In this document: positions 63,966 to 64,000 of the stretch, piece after piece
How positions within the stretch are numbered: position 1 is the stretch's first letter
How the letters are laid out: each line of letters opens with the position of its first letter
Origin: Octopus sinensis
Lineage: Eukaryota
Assembly: GCF_006345805.1 (NCBI RefSeq)
Contig: NC_043010.1
Coordinates: 59,520,001 to 59,584,000 of the forward strand
DNA length: 64,000 nt
Direction of reading: 5' to 3'
Notes under the pieces: generated by a model
The model's input: only the letters and a program-made list of their open reading frames with translations
The model's database searches: none
Told to the model about the DNA's origin: nothing
Program-made: the position numbers and the translations under genes

Positions 63966-64000
<35 letters not shown>
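63690..64000 (+). mobile_element. SINE/RTE-tail repeat with (GAT)n tail followed by (TA)n
   Basis: Same family motifs as 61060-61345. Confidence 0.7.

Noticed and set aside
1-64000. CRISPR array, rRNA or prokaryotic operons
   Set aside because: No short direct repeats with unique spacers and no rRNA-like sequence; all long ORFs are spliced eukaryotic cadherin exons or transposon relics.

Overview
AT-rich eukaryotic DNA, almost certainly coleoid cephalopod (octopus-type SINEs, microsatellites, protocadherin style; species not determinable here). The window holds eight head-to-tail protocadherin genes on the + strand (P1-P8; P1 lacks its leader exon and P8 its last exon because of the window edges). 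Each unit has the same plan: a near-invariant promoter/leader exon ending ATG-AAG/AGG|GTAAGT, a 1.9-6.6 kb intron, a ~2.4 kb exon (signal peptide, six cadherin repeats EC1-EC6, TM, proximal tail), a 151/154-nt exon and a 122-nt terminal coding exon. EC1, EC4-EC6, TM, the tail exons and the leader are almost identical across copies while most introns are unalignable. Divergence is concentrated in two windows, in EC2 and EC3, which appear shuffled between paralogues: P2-P5 carry all four combinations of two EC2 patches and two EC3 cores. The invariant tail carries QYEEIP and RQLPSTP, matching Src-family SH2 and SH3 ligand consensus. Frameshifts in P1, P2, P3 and P7 look like homopolymer assembly errors, not pseudogenes. 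Introns contain RTE and CR1-like LINE fragments, Tc1/mariner and hAT relics, SINEs, MITEs and one perfect 273-bp palindrome. All alignments were done by eye.
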